This document shows positions 19,453 to 28,520 of a stretch of 64,000 nucleotides of DNA, one piece after another. The stretch is from a candidate division FCPU426 bacterium (lineage in GTDB: Bacteria > Oederibacteriota > Muellerivitia > Muellerivitales > Muellerivitaceae): the NCBI GenBank assembly GCA_963847625.1, contig CAWKAR010000052.1, positions 32,001-96,000 of the forward strand, written 5' to 3'. The translations under genes were made by a program, and so were the position numbers. How positions within the stretch are numbered: position 1 is the stretch's first letter; every line of letters starts with the position of its first letter. Under the pieces are notes generated by a model. It was not told the origin of the DNA. It did not search any database and saw only the letters and a program-made list of their open reading frames with translations.

Positions 19453-20196
19453 ATGTTTAAAAAACAGTATTTAATATCCAATCTATTTTTTATTTTGTTT
19501 TTTAATGCAACATTCGTAGTTGCGGAAGATAAAAAAGCATCTATCGATTTGGAAAAGGCAATTACGCTTTCTCAATCTAAAGGGAAATTTGTACCAGATA
19601 AAAATAAATCAAAGAATTTTACTACTCCTTCAAATATAAAACTTATCTTTTCGGATACGGCCAACAGAATTCAACAAGACGATTTGAAAAATGTTGGTAG
19701 ATCGAACGATCCAAGAACGAATCCGTTGAAGTTTGGACCAATATTTGATTTGACGGGAAAAGATGGATTTGATGTTTATTTCCTCAAAGTAAATCAATAC
19801 AACAACATCATGGGATTACCTTTTGATAAGTACTATTTTGTCGTTTTTGATAAAAAGACTAAGAAGTGTTCGGAAAAATCTTTTTTGATTCAGGGGAATT
19901 TTGTTGATTGCTATTGGGATAACCTAACAAATGATGGGAGAGCCCAACTTGTGATCGATGATGAATGGCACAATGGTTCTGCTGAATATTTCGATAAAAA
20001 ATATTATGAAATAAAAGATGACCTCTCTATTAAAGAATTGTTAACGCTTGGTGGCTTTGTTGATGGCCCTAATTCTCAGGAGCAAAAAATTATTCAAAAA
20101 AAGAAGAAAAGTGTTGTTGTTGAAGAAACACGGAAAAAATCAGATATTGAAGATGGCGAAACAAAAGCAGTGACAGAAATAAAATTGGAATTTTAA
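19453..20196 (+). CDS. AT-rich hypothetical exported protein
   Basis: AGGAGG SD then ATG; signal-peptide-like N-terminus; visibly lower GC than its neighbours. Confidence 0.7.
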   Translation: MFKKQYLISNLFFILFFNATFVVAEDKKASIDLEKAITLSQSKGKFVPDKNKSKNFTTPSNIKLIFSDTANRIQQDDLKNVGRSNDPRTNPLKFGPIFDLTGKDGFDVYFLKVNQYNNIMGLPFDKYYFVVFDKKTKKCSEKSFLIQGNFVDCYWDNLTNDGRAQLVIDDEWHNGSAEYFDKKYYEIKDDLSIKELLTLGGFVDGPNSQEQKIIQKKKKSVVVEETRKKSDIEDGETKAVTEIKLEF

Positions 20197-20226
20197 ATAT
20201 CATGGGTTCGACCAACGGAGTAAGCA

Positions 20227-21777
20227 ATGCCTAATTTTAAAAAGACCTTTTACGTCACAACCCCCATCTATTACGTGAACGATATCCCCCATATCGGCCA
20301 TGCTTACGCCACCGTTGGCGCGGACGCCATCGCGCGCTTCAAACGCATGGATGGATATGACGTTTATTTCCTCACCGGCACGGATGAACACGGGCAAAAA
20401 ATCGAAAAGTCAGCCAAGGAAAAGGGTTTGGAACCCAAACAGCTGGCTGACCAGGTGGTGGATCGTTTCAAACAGGCTTGGGATAAACTCGGAATTTCCT
20501 ACGACCGGTTTATCCGCACTACCGATGAGGACCACAAGAAAGCCTGTCAAGTCTTCTTCAAGCAAGTGATGGACGCGGGTTATATCTACAAGGGCCATTA
20601 CGAAGGCTGGTACTGCCTGCCGGACGAGAGGTTCCTCTTGGACTCGGAAGTAGTGGATGGCAAATGTCCCGAGTGCGGCCGTTCCGTGGAGCGGTTGCAG
20701 GAAGAAAACTACTTTTTCTCCATGTCCAAGTTCCAAAAGAAAATCGAGGAATACCTGGAAACCCACCCTGAATTTGTTTTTCCGGAAATACGGCGCAATG
20801 ACCTCGTCAGTAATTTCGTTAAACCCGGCCTGCCCGACGTATGCATCACACGGGCGGCCCTGAAATGGGGAATTCAAGCGCCGGTGCCGGAGGGGTCGGT
20901 TATTTACGTGTGGTTTGACGCTTTGTTGAATTACATCACGGCCATTGGCTGGCCAGAGGGTGAGAATTACAGGAAATTCTGGCCGGCTGACGTTCACATC
21001 ATAGGAAAGGAAATTTTAAGGTTCCACGCGGCCCTCTGGCCCTCCATGCTCATGGCGGCGGGAGTGCCCGTGCCGAAAATGGTTTTTGTGACAGGCCATA
21101 TCACCAAGGATGGGAGAAAAATGTCCAAAAGCCTTGGGAATACCGTCGACCCTTTTGAGCTGGCGGCTACCTACGGGCCTGACGCGGTCCGGTATTATCT
21201 TTTGAGGGAAATACCCTATGGCATGGATGGTAATTACACGGATGAATCCTTCCAACTTCGGTTCAATGGCGATCTTGCCAACGACCTCGGAAACCTGGTG
21301 CACCGCAGTATGACCATGTTGGAGAAATATTTCGGCGGAATCATCCCAAAACCCGGACCCGATGGCGATTTAGAAAATAGCTTGATAGCGTTGGCTAAGG
21401 CGTATATTCCAACCGCGCGAAAAGCCATGGAACACTTGGAGTTCCACAACGCCTTGTCCCAGGCTTGGGAGTTGGTTAAGCGCGCGAATAAATACATTGA
21501 GGAATCAGCTCCTTGGAAAGTCGCCAAAGAAGGAAACCAGGAAAAACTGGGGACAGTCATGTATACCCTCATGGAAACCTTGAGGGTCACGGCTCTTTCG
21601 ATCGCGCCTTTCATGCCTTTTACGGCATCAGCCATATGGGCCCAACTTGGGTATTCGGATGATATCAAAAAGCATTTGTTATCTGAAACCGAGGAATGGG
21701 GTCGAATCCCAGTGGGGCAGAAGGTAACCAAGGGACAACCATTATTTCCCCGAATAGAGAAGGAAAAAAAGAAATAA
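20227..21777 (+). CDS. metG: Methionyl-tRNA synthetase (short form, no C-terminal tRNA-binding domain)
   Basis: YYVNDIPHIGH, GTDEHGQK, YVWFDAL, KMSKS. Confidence 0.98.
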   Translation: MPNFKKTFYVTTPIYYVNDIPHIGHAYATVGADAIARFKRMDGYDVYFLTGTDEHGQKIEKSAKEKGLEPKQLADQVVDRFKQAWDKLGISYDRFIRTTDEDHKKACQVFFKQVMDAGYIYKGHYEGWYCLPDERFLLDSEVVDGKCPECGRSVERLQEENYFFSMSKFQKKIEEYLETHPEFVFPEIRRNDLVSNFVKPGLPDVCITRAALKWGIQAPVPEGSVIYVWFDALLNYITAIGWPEGENYRKFWPADVHIIGKEILRFHAALWPSMLMAAGVPVPKMVFVTGHITKDGRKMSKSLGNTVDPFELAATYGPDAVRYYLLREIPYGMDGNYTDESFQLRFNGDLANDLGNLVHRSMTMLEKYFGGIIPKPGPDGDLENSLIALAKAYIPTARKAMEHLEFHNALSQAWELVKRANKYIEESAPWKVAKEGNQEKLGTVMYTLMETLRVTALSIAPFMPFTASAIWAQLGYSDDIKKHLLSETEEWGRIPVGQKVTKGQPLFPRIEKEKKK

Positions 21778-21868
21778 TCAGTTACAAGTTTCCAGAAATG
21801 CTTGGGTGAATTTTAAGACTCTTTCCTGAATTTGTAGATAAGGGGTTTTAAAAGCATTTTATGTAATC

Positions 21869-22020
21869 TGTCGTTGCGAGGAGGCGCCCCAATCGGGGCG
21901 GTTGCCGACGTGGCAATCCCAGTTAGTTGTTCGATTTAAGCCGTTTTATGAGGCATATTTAAACTGGGGTTGCTTCCTCGTCATCGCCCGCCTATTCGGC
22001 GGCCACTCGTCGCAATGACA
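21869..22020. repeat. 152-bp palindromic REP/MITE-like element
   Basis: Termini TGTCGTTGCGA...TCGCAATGACA; inner arms GGCAATCCCAGTT / AACTGGGGTTGCT; side hairpins CGCCCC-AATC-GGGGCG and CCGCC-TATTC-GGCGG. Confidence 0.75.
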
Positions 22021-22133
22021 TCCAAGCAAAGCAAATCTTAAATTAGGCTGCTATCGGCAAATTCAGGAAACAGCCAATTTTAAAAACCAACACATTCCCA
22101 CTTTGTCCGCTGATTCTGTGAAGAAAGGCATTT

Positions 22134-22901
22134 ATGGCCGGTTTGATTGACACCCATTGCCACCTGGATGACGAGCGCCTGGTCGGGCAGGAAAACGAGG
22201 TTCTCCAGCGGTGCAAAGAGGCGGGTATTGAAACCTGCGTGACCATCGGCACCGACGAAAAAACCTCCGCGGCCGCCGCGGCTTTGGCTGGCCGCCATCC
22301 TGGGAGGGTTTACCATACCATCGGCGCTCATCCCAATGACGCGGACAGGTTCAGTGAAAACGACTTAATAGAAATCGAACGTCTGGCGAGGGAAACCAAG
22401 CCTATTGCCATAGGCGAGATCGGTTTAGATTACTACCACTCCTCGGATCGCCAAAAACAAGCGCGTCTTTTTGAAAGGATGATCAACCTTGCTCGGGAAC
22501 TAACTTTGCCTATCGTGATCCATGACCGTGATGCCCACGATGATATTTATAAACTTCTGAAAGCCAAGGCTCTAGGCATTAAAATCGTGATGCATTGTTA
22601 TTCCGCCGGGCCGGATTATGTGGAAAAGTTCATGGATTTAGGCTGCCTTTTCTCCTTTGCGGGACCCATTACCTTTAAAAATGGACAACCCCAAAGGGAT
22701 GCGGCCTCTAAAATTCCCTTAGGCCGGCTGGTAGTGGAAACAGACGCCCCCTATCTTACGCCCCACCCCCACCGGGGTAAGTTGAATGAACCGGCTTACG
22801 TGAAATTGACCGCGGAAAAACTCGCTGAGGTGAAGGGGGTTTCTTTCGAGGAATTGGCCAGGGTCACCACCGAAAACGCCAGGAAGTTTTACGACTTTTA
22901 A
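22134..22901 (+). CDS. tatD: TatD family deoxyribonuclease
   Basis: IDTHCHL, GAHP, IGEIGLDY, VIHDRDA, MHCY, ETDAPYL. Confidence 0.95.
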   Translation: MAGLIDTHCHLDDERLVGQENEVLQRCKEAGIETCVTIGTDEKTSAAAAALAGRHPGRVYHTIGAHPNDADRFSENDLIEIERLARETKPIAIGEIGLDYYHSSDRQKQARLFERMINLARELTLPIVIHDRDAHDDIYKLLKAKALGIKIVMHCYSAGPDYVEKFMDLGCLFSFAGPITFKNGQPQRDAASKIPLGRLVVETDAPYLTPHPHRGKLNEPAYVKLTAEKLAEVKGVSFEELARVTTENARKFYDF

Positions 22902-23138
22902 CCCGCCACCGCAATGTTTTTATCTGTTTCTCTTTTTCAATTTTTACTGTTTTTGCCGTTAATTCCTAACACCTAACTACTCACTCCTAACTTATTTATG
23001 CATACTCACCTATCCGTATGGATCTGGAATCTCTAGGAACATGAGAGGGTTTTCTCGATGGCATCGGGCAGGTTTACCGCTGGTAAGGCCGTAAGCCGGT
23101 AAGGGCGATAAGTCGGGCGGTAAGCCGTTAAGCGGTGC

Positions 23139-23468
23139 GTGGTAAAGGCGGTAAACCGGGCGGTGCGCGGTAAAGGCGGTAAACCTGGCAGTGCGCGGTA
23201 AAGGCGGTAAACCAGGCGGTGCGCGGTAAAGGCGGTAAACCGGGCGGCACGCGGTAAAGGCGGTAAACCGGGCGGTGGGCGGTAAAGGCGGTAAACCGGA
23301 CGATGGGCGGTAAAGGCGGTAAACCTGGTGGTGGGCGGTAAAGGCGGTAAACCCGGCGACATGCGGTAAAGGCGGTAAATCCGGTGGTACGCGGTAAAAG
23401 CGGTAAACCGGGCGGCGGGCGGTAAAGGCGGTAAACCCGGTGGCATGCGGTAAAGGCGGTAAACCGGG
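23139..23468 (+). repeat. Tandem array of 12 x 28-bp units (last one partial)
   Basis: Core GCGGTAAAGGCGGTAAACC plus 9 variable nt; unit starts at 23139, 23167, 23195 ... 23447. Confidence 0.95.
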
Positions 23469-23631
23469 AACAGGCCGGGATAACCCGGGAACAGCTGGAC
23501 TTAAGCCGGGAACAAGCTGAGATAACCCGGGAACAGTGGACTTAAGCCGGGAACAAAGCCGGGATAAGCCGTTAGACGGGAGATAACCCATTATAAAAAG
23601 CTGGGATAAGCCATTAGACGGGAGATAACCC
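23464..23631 (+). repeat. Second tandem repeat block (~21-bp CCGGGAACA...TAA units, then a 42-bp-period duplication)
   Basis: Five CCGGGAACA copies; GGGATAAGCCRTTAGACGGGAGATAACCC occurs twice. Confidence 0.85.
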
Positions 23632-23836
23632 GGCGGCATAGGGGGATACCCCGGCGCATGGGGCGTGGGAGAGGGGTCAATCATCATTTAATAATATTTT
23701 CTTAGTGTCGCGCCCATTGAAACCACTTCTCTATTCCCCAGGCCGCTCTTCCCACTTTCTCTCCAGCCGCCCGATGGCTTTGTTAAAAGGGGTCGTATTT
23801 AAGGGATCGGGCTTGAAAAAAGAAAATGAACGATTG

Positions 23837-25069
23837 CTAAAAAACCAAGCCCAGGGGTTGAATGCGGTTTTTCATCTCGTCGGTGACTTTCTTTTCTTCT
23901 CCCTCGTTAGCGGCCTCAAAGGTCACTGAAAATCTCAAATAGTGACCCGCATCATCCCAAGGAACAGTCGAGATTAAACAGCTCTCGATTAGATATTCCG
24001 AAAACTCTGCGGCGGTAGCAAATGTTTTCCCGGCTTTCGTGCCTCTGGGAGATTTGACGTAACAATAAAATGTCCCCTTTGGTTTTTTGGCATCAAACCC
24101 TAATTCCCGCAAGGCTTGGACCAACCTGTCAAACCTCCTGGAATACTTGGCGATGGTTCTTTCTGTGATTTCCGGGTGTTGGAGCGCATGAATTCCGGCC
24201 TTTTGGATGGCCCTGAACTGCCCGGAATCGGTATTGTCCTTGACGGCCGCGAAGGCTTTTACCGCATGGGGGTTTCCAACGATAAAACCAATGCGCCATC
24301 CGGTCATGTTAAAGGCTTTTGAGAGGGAATGGACCTCCACCCCGACCTCCATGGCCCCCTCGGCCGACAGGAAACTCAGGGGCTTGTAACCGTCATAAGT
24401 CAAGGCTCCATAGGCCGCGTCGTTCACCACAATCAGGTTATTTTTTTTCGCGAAGTCAACGGCACGCTTGAAGAATTCCAGGGTAGCCACCGCGCCCGTG
24501 GGATTGTTGGGATAGTTGATATACAACAACTTGGCCTTGCGCAGGACATCGGGGGGAATGGACGTAAAATCCGGAAAAAAGGAATTGGATTCCAGGAGGG
24601 GAAGATGATAAACCTCCCCTCCGAGGTATTTTGTGTAAGTGGCGGTCACGGGATAACCCGGAACCGTGGTCAGGACTATCTCCCCTGGATTCACGAAGCA
24701 AATGGGTAACATAGCTAAGATGGGTTTTGAACCAACGCCATGGATAATATTTTCCGATGGATCCAGGTTTTTGAGGCCGTAAATCCTGGCCAAATAAGCC
24801 GCCGCCGCTTCCTGGAACTCGGGGATACCGTTGTCGGCATACCACCGGTTCTCGGGTTTTGGGGCTTCCTGCGCTAATCGGATGACCACGCCAGGGTCAG
24901 CCGGCCAATCGGGTTCGCCCACCCCCATATCAATCAGGGGCAGGTCCGGACGGGCTTTTCTGGCCCTGGCCTTGGTCCTTTTAATCATCTCGAATTTGTA
25001 TATCTCGTTGGATTTGCCGAACATCCTTCCGCCCAGCCTTTCGGCAAATTTATCCTCGAAAAATGACAT
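23837..25069 (-). CDS. dapL: LL-diaminopimelate aminotransferase
   Basis: FAERLGG...IYKFEMIKR, NYPNNPTG, DAAY, HSLSKAFNMTGWR, KDNTDSGQF; GAGGAGG SD supports the 25069 start. Confidence 0.88.
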   Translation of the reverse strand: MSFFEDKFAERLGGRMFGKSNEIYKFEMIKRTKARARKARPDLPLIDMGVGEPDWPADPGVVIRLAQEAPKPENRWYADNGIPEFQEAAAAYLARIYGLKNLDPSENIIHGVGSKPILAMLPICFVNPGEIVLTTVPGYPVTATYTKYLGGEVYHLPLLESNSFFPDFTSIPPDVLRKAKLLYINYPNNPTGAVATLEFFKRAVDFAKKNNLIVVNDAAYGALTYDGYKPLSFLSAEGAMEVGVEVHSLSKAFNMTGWRIGFIVGNPHAVKAFAAVKDNTDSGQFRAIQKAGIHALQHPEITERTIAKYSRRFDRLVQALRELGFDAKKPKGTFYCYVKSPRGTKAGKTFATAAEFSEYLIESCLISTVPWDDAGHYLRFSVTFEAANEGEEKKVTDEMKNRIQPLGLVF

Positions 25070-25353
25070 TTTTATTTCCTCCTCTGTCCGCATTGTAACT
25101 TTATTTTAAACATAAAATCCATGTTTCCACAGATTTCCCGCTATTTTCAAATCCCGGCATTGGATTTGACCGCCTTCCGGGTAAAATAACCCACTCCATT
25201 TCTCCCGCATAGAAGAAAAGTCCATTAGTTGACTTTTCCAGCTTTCTTCCGAGGAAACTGAAACCATTTAAGAAATGGGTTTTTTCATTTTCGCTTTGGC
25301 TGAATTAAACGAGGTAAAAGAAAAACTTTCTTAAAATTTATAAGGAAACTTCC

Positions 25354-26379
25354 ATGATACGTGAATGCCTGGTCAAACTGTCTCAAAAGCAATCCCTAAC
25401 GGAGGCCGATGCCTACGGTTGTATGATCGAGATATTGGAAGGAAAAGCAGTTCCAACTCAGGTCGCGGCCTACCTGGCCTTCCTCAATGTTGAGTTTGAA
25501 ACAACCGAAGAAGTGGTTGGCAGCGTTAAGGCCATGCGTGACAAAATGATTCGGATCAACGCTGAAGGATTGAATGCTATCGACGTGTGCGGTACGGGGG
25601 GAGACCACAAGGGAACCTTTAATATTTCCACCGCGGCGGCCTTAGTTTTGGCCGGAGACGGCGTGATCGTGGCCAAACACGGCAACCGGGCCGCTTCCAG
25701 CCAATGCGGCAGCGCGGAAGTTTTGGACGCTTTAGGGGTGAAAATCGATCCTACCGTTCGCGTGATCGAGAATTGCCTGCGGGAAGCAGGAATCGCCTTT
25801 TTGTTCGCCCCCCATTTTCATCCGGCCATGAAAAACGTGGCAACCATCCGGAAGGAGTTGGGAATCAGGACGATTTTCAACGTGCTGGGACCCATGAGCA
25901 ATCCCGCTTCCGTGAAGCGGCAGGTGATCGGGGTATTCGACGCGGAGAGGGCCAGGATCATTGCGGAGGCCTTGATCCAATCCGGCACGGAGCGGGTGAT
26001 TACCCTTCACAGCCGGGATGGCCTGGATGAGGTTTCCTGCGCTGACGAGACTTTCATCTGGGAATACAAGAAGGATTCCGCTGGAAACATCAGCCGCCTC
26101 TCGGAGGTCATCCAACCCGAACATTTCGGTTTCCAACGCAGGTCCCTGGAAACAATCAAGGGAGGGGACGCAGATATGAACGCAAAAATTATTTTAGCGG
26201 TCCTAAATGGGGAGAAAAAAGCATTCCGTGAGTCGGTGGTCATGAACGCGGCTGTCGGTTTCTATATGGCAGGAAAATGCCCAGCGATCCTGGATGGCCG
26301 CGCTTTAGCGGAGGCGTCCATCGACTCGGGAAAGGCCCTTCAGGCCTTGAAAAAGTTAGAGGAAATTTCCCATACCTGA
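25354..26379 (+). CDS. trpD: Anthranilate phosphoribosyltransferase
   Basis: DVCGTGGD, FNIST, AKHGNR, FHPAMK, RTIFNVLGP. Confidence 0.97.
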   Translation: MIRECLVKLSQKQSLTEADAYGCMIEILEGKAVPTQVAAYLAFLNVEFETTEEVVGSVKAMRDKMIRINAEGLNAIDVCGTGGDHKGTFNISTAAALVLAGDGVIVAKHGNRAASSQCGSAEVLDALGVKIDPTVRVIENCLREAGIAFLFAPHFHPAMKNVATIRKELGIRTIFNVLGPMSNPASVKRQVIGVFDAERARIIAEALIQSGTERVITLHSRDGLDEVSCADETFIWEYKKDSAGNISRLSEVIQPEHFGFQRRSLETIKGGDADMNAKIILAVLNGEKKAFRESVVMNAAVGFYMAGKCPAILDGRALAEASIDSGKALQALKKLEEISHT

Positions 26380-26424
26380 GTAAGAAACTCGACTTAAAAA
26401 AGTCAGTCTGGAAAGGCGTTCATT

Positions 26425-27207
26425 TTGAATATCCTCCAACAAATAACTGAGACGAAACTCCAGGAAATCGCAAGGCTCAAAAAGGAAAGGGGATTAGGTT
26501 CCTTGCGGGATGGCGCAAATTCGCAAAAGGAGCCAAGGAATTTCTTGAAAGCCATTCAACGAACGGGAAAGCTTTCTTTGATCGGGGAGCTTAAAAAAGC
26601 CAGCCCCTCCAAGGGTCTTTTAAGGAAGAATTTCCCGGTGGAATCCCTCGCGAAAGCCTATTCTAACGCCGGGGTCCAGGCCCTTTCGGTTTTGACCGAT
26701 TCCCAATATTTTCAAGGTTCCCTTGAACATTTGAAAACAGCCAAGGACGCTTGCGAATTACCTGTGTTACGGAAAGATTTTATCCTAGATGAACTCCAGG
26801 TTTATCAGGCCCGGGAGGCGGGAGCCGACGCCATTCTTTTGATCGCGGCTATGATGCCGCCGGCGAAATTAAAGGAACTTTCGGCCGTTTCAGAAGAACT
26901 GAGTATGCCAAGCTTGGTGGAAGTCCATGACGAAAGAGAATTGGATGCCGCTCTGCGGTCCGGCGCGAAAATCCTTGGAATCAACAACAGAAACCTGAAT
27001 GATTTCTCGGTGTCCCTCCAGACTTCCTTGGCTTTGCTTAAAAAGTGCCCTCAAGGCGTTCCGGTTGTCAGCGAAAGCGGAATATTCACCCGGGCGGACG
27101 CGCTTCTATTGAAAAAGGCCGGTGCCTCCGCCATTCTGGTGGGGGAGGCCTTCATGACCGCACAGGACTTGGTATCGGCGGTGAAGAACCTCATGCCGGA
27201 GAATTAA
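26425..27207 (+). CDS. trpC: Indole-3-glycerol-phosphate synthase
   Basis: ELKKASPSKG, SVLTD, LRKDFI, GINNRNL, SESGI. Confidence 0.97.
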   Translation: MNILQQITETKLQEIARLKKERGLGSLRDGANSQKEPRNFLKAIQRTGKLSLIGELKKASPSKGLLRKNFPVESLAKAYSNAGVQALSVLTDSQYFQGSLEHLKTAKDACELPVLRKDFILDELQVYQAREAGADAILLIAAMMPPAKLKELSAVSEELSMPSLVEVHDERELDAALRSGAKILGINNRNLNDFSVSLQTSLALLKKCPQGVPVVSESGIFTRADALLLKKAGASAILVGEAFMTAQDLVSAVKNLMPEN

Positions 27208-27831
27208 ATGTTTCGGATTAAAATCTGCGGAGTCACCCGTCCTGAGGACGTGAGATTTATTACCAAAGCCGGGGCGGACGCTATCGGGTTTCAAATGTCC
27301 ATAGGCCCCAGGAAAATAAGCCCGGAAAAAGCCCGAAGATTAGTCGAATATGTACCCCCGCTTGTTATGCCGATCGGCGTCTTTGTGAATGAACCGCTGG
27401 AAAGGGTAATTAGGTTAACAAAATTTTGCGGGTTTCAGGCAATACAACTTCATGGGAATGAGGACTTGGACTATTGTGAGGGATTGGAATTTCCCATCAT
27501 TAAGGCAATTCGCATGAAAACCAAAAGGTCTTACCTGCCTTTCCGGGGCTTTCGGGTTGCGGCCTATTTATTGGATTCCTATAATGAAAAATCACCTGGA
27601 GGGACAGGACAAACTTTTCAACCCCGTTGGGCAGCTGAAGCCGTGAACCGCCTTCCAAATCCGGTCCTGCTGGCCGGGGGATTGACTCCCGACAATGTTC
27701 AACAGGCTATCGGGATTTCCGGCGCCTTTGGAGTGGATGTATCCAGCGGCGTGGAAAGTTACCCGGGTTACAAAGATCCCCGTAAGGTATCCCTCTTTAT
27801 CCGCCGGGCTAAAGATTCTTTTCTCACCTGA
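27208..27831 (+). CDS. trpF: Phosphoribosylanthranilate isomerase
   Basis: IKICG, QLHGNE, GGTG, LAGGLTPDNV, DVSSGVE. Confidence 0.97.
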   Translation: MFRIKICGVTRPEDVRFITKAGADAIGFQMSIGPRKISPEKARRLVEYVPPLVMPIGVFVNEPLERVIRLTKFCGFQAIQLHGNEDLDYCEGLEFPIIKAIRMKTKRSYLPFRGFRVAAYLLDSYNEKSPGGTGQTFQPRWAAEAVNRLPNPVLLAGGLTPDNVQQAIGISGAFGVDVSSGVESYPGYKDPRKVSLFIRRAKDSFLT

Positions 27832-27928
27832 AAGGTGAAGGTTTGAAATAAACTTTTTTATTCATTATGGGTTTCTTAATGAATCCAAAATCCATAAAAA
27901 AAGAGAAAAACTGGAGTTTTAAACGGCT

Positions 27929-28519
27929 ATGGCCGACCAAAAGTCATTGATCATCAAATTGGCCCATATTTACTACCACACCGGCAGCTGGGATAAGGCC
28001 ATTCTCGAGTATGAAAAGATCATCGCGCTTGATCCGAATGATTACAACGTGCGTTTAACCCTCGGTGAACTTTATATGAAGAAAGGGGATATTGAGCGGG
28101 CCTTCAGGGAATTTGAACTCGCGGGGAATGGTTATTTGAGGGAAAAAAACGTTAAAAAAGCCGTAAGCGCTTTTCGGGAAGTTGCGAACCTTGTTCAGAA
28201 GATGATCGAGCCTCAAGATGTGGATAAAGCCATCAAACTCTATAAGGATATTCTCGAGAAACTGCCTGAATCCTCGGAATCGTTGCTGAACTTGAGGGAC
28301 CTTTATTCACGGCATAATTTGATGGAAGAAGCATTGAATTGCACTCTTCAACTTGGGGATCTCTACAACCGCCTCGATTACATCGACAAAGCGGAAAATG
28401 AATATATGAGGGCCTGCGCCATGGATCCCAGCAATAAATCAGCCCAATCAAAACTGGAACAATTGAGAGCCGAAAAGATCCGGTTGGGAACCGAATCCAC
28501 CTTCGGCGCTGGAAATTGA
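27929..28519 (+). CDS. Tetratricopeptide-repeat protein
   Basis: TPR-like repeats ([36 protein letters not shown]...DPSN). Confidence 0.85.
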   Translation: MADQKSLIIKLAHIYYHTGSWDKAILEYEKIIALDPNDYNVRLTLGELYMKKGDIERAFREFELAGNGYLREKNVKKAVSAFREVANLVQKMIEPQDVDKAIKLYKDILEKLPESSESLLNLRDLYSRHNLMEEALNCTLQLGDLYNRLDYIDKAENEYMRACAMDPSNKSAQSKLEQLRAEKIRLGTESTFGAGN

Positions 28520-28520
28520 T

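Noticed and set aside
23139..23468. CRISPR array
   Set aside because: Variable parts are only 9 nt and are related to each other; the repeat is not palindromic; no cas genes in the window
23010..23687. 225-aa and 137-aa Pro/Arg-rich minus-strand ORFs
   Set aside because: A 28-nt period yields the same cyclic peptide in several frames because that strand lacks stops; no SD seen; treated as shadow ORFs
25121..25189. trp attenuator leader peptide or promoter
   Set aside because: The short ORF MFPQISRYFQIPALDLTAFRVK has no Trp codons; TTGACC and TAAAAT are only 10 nt apart
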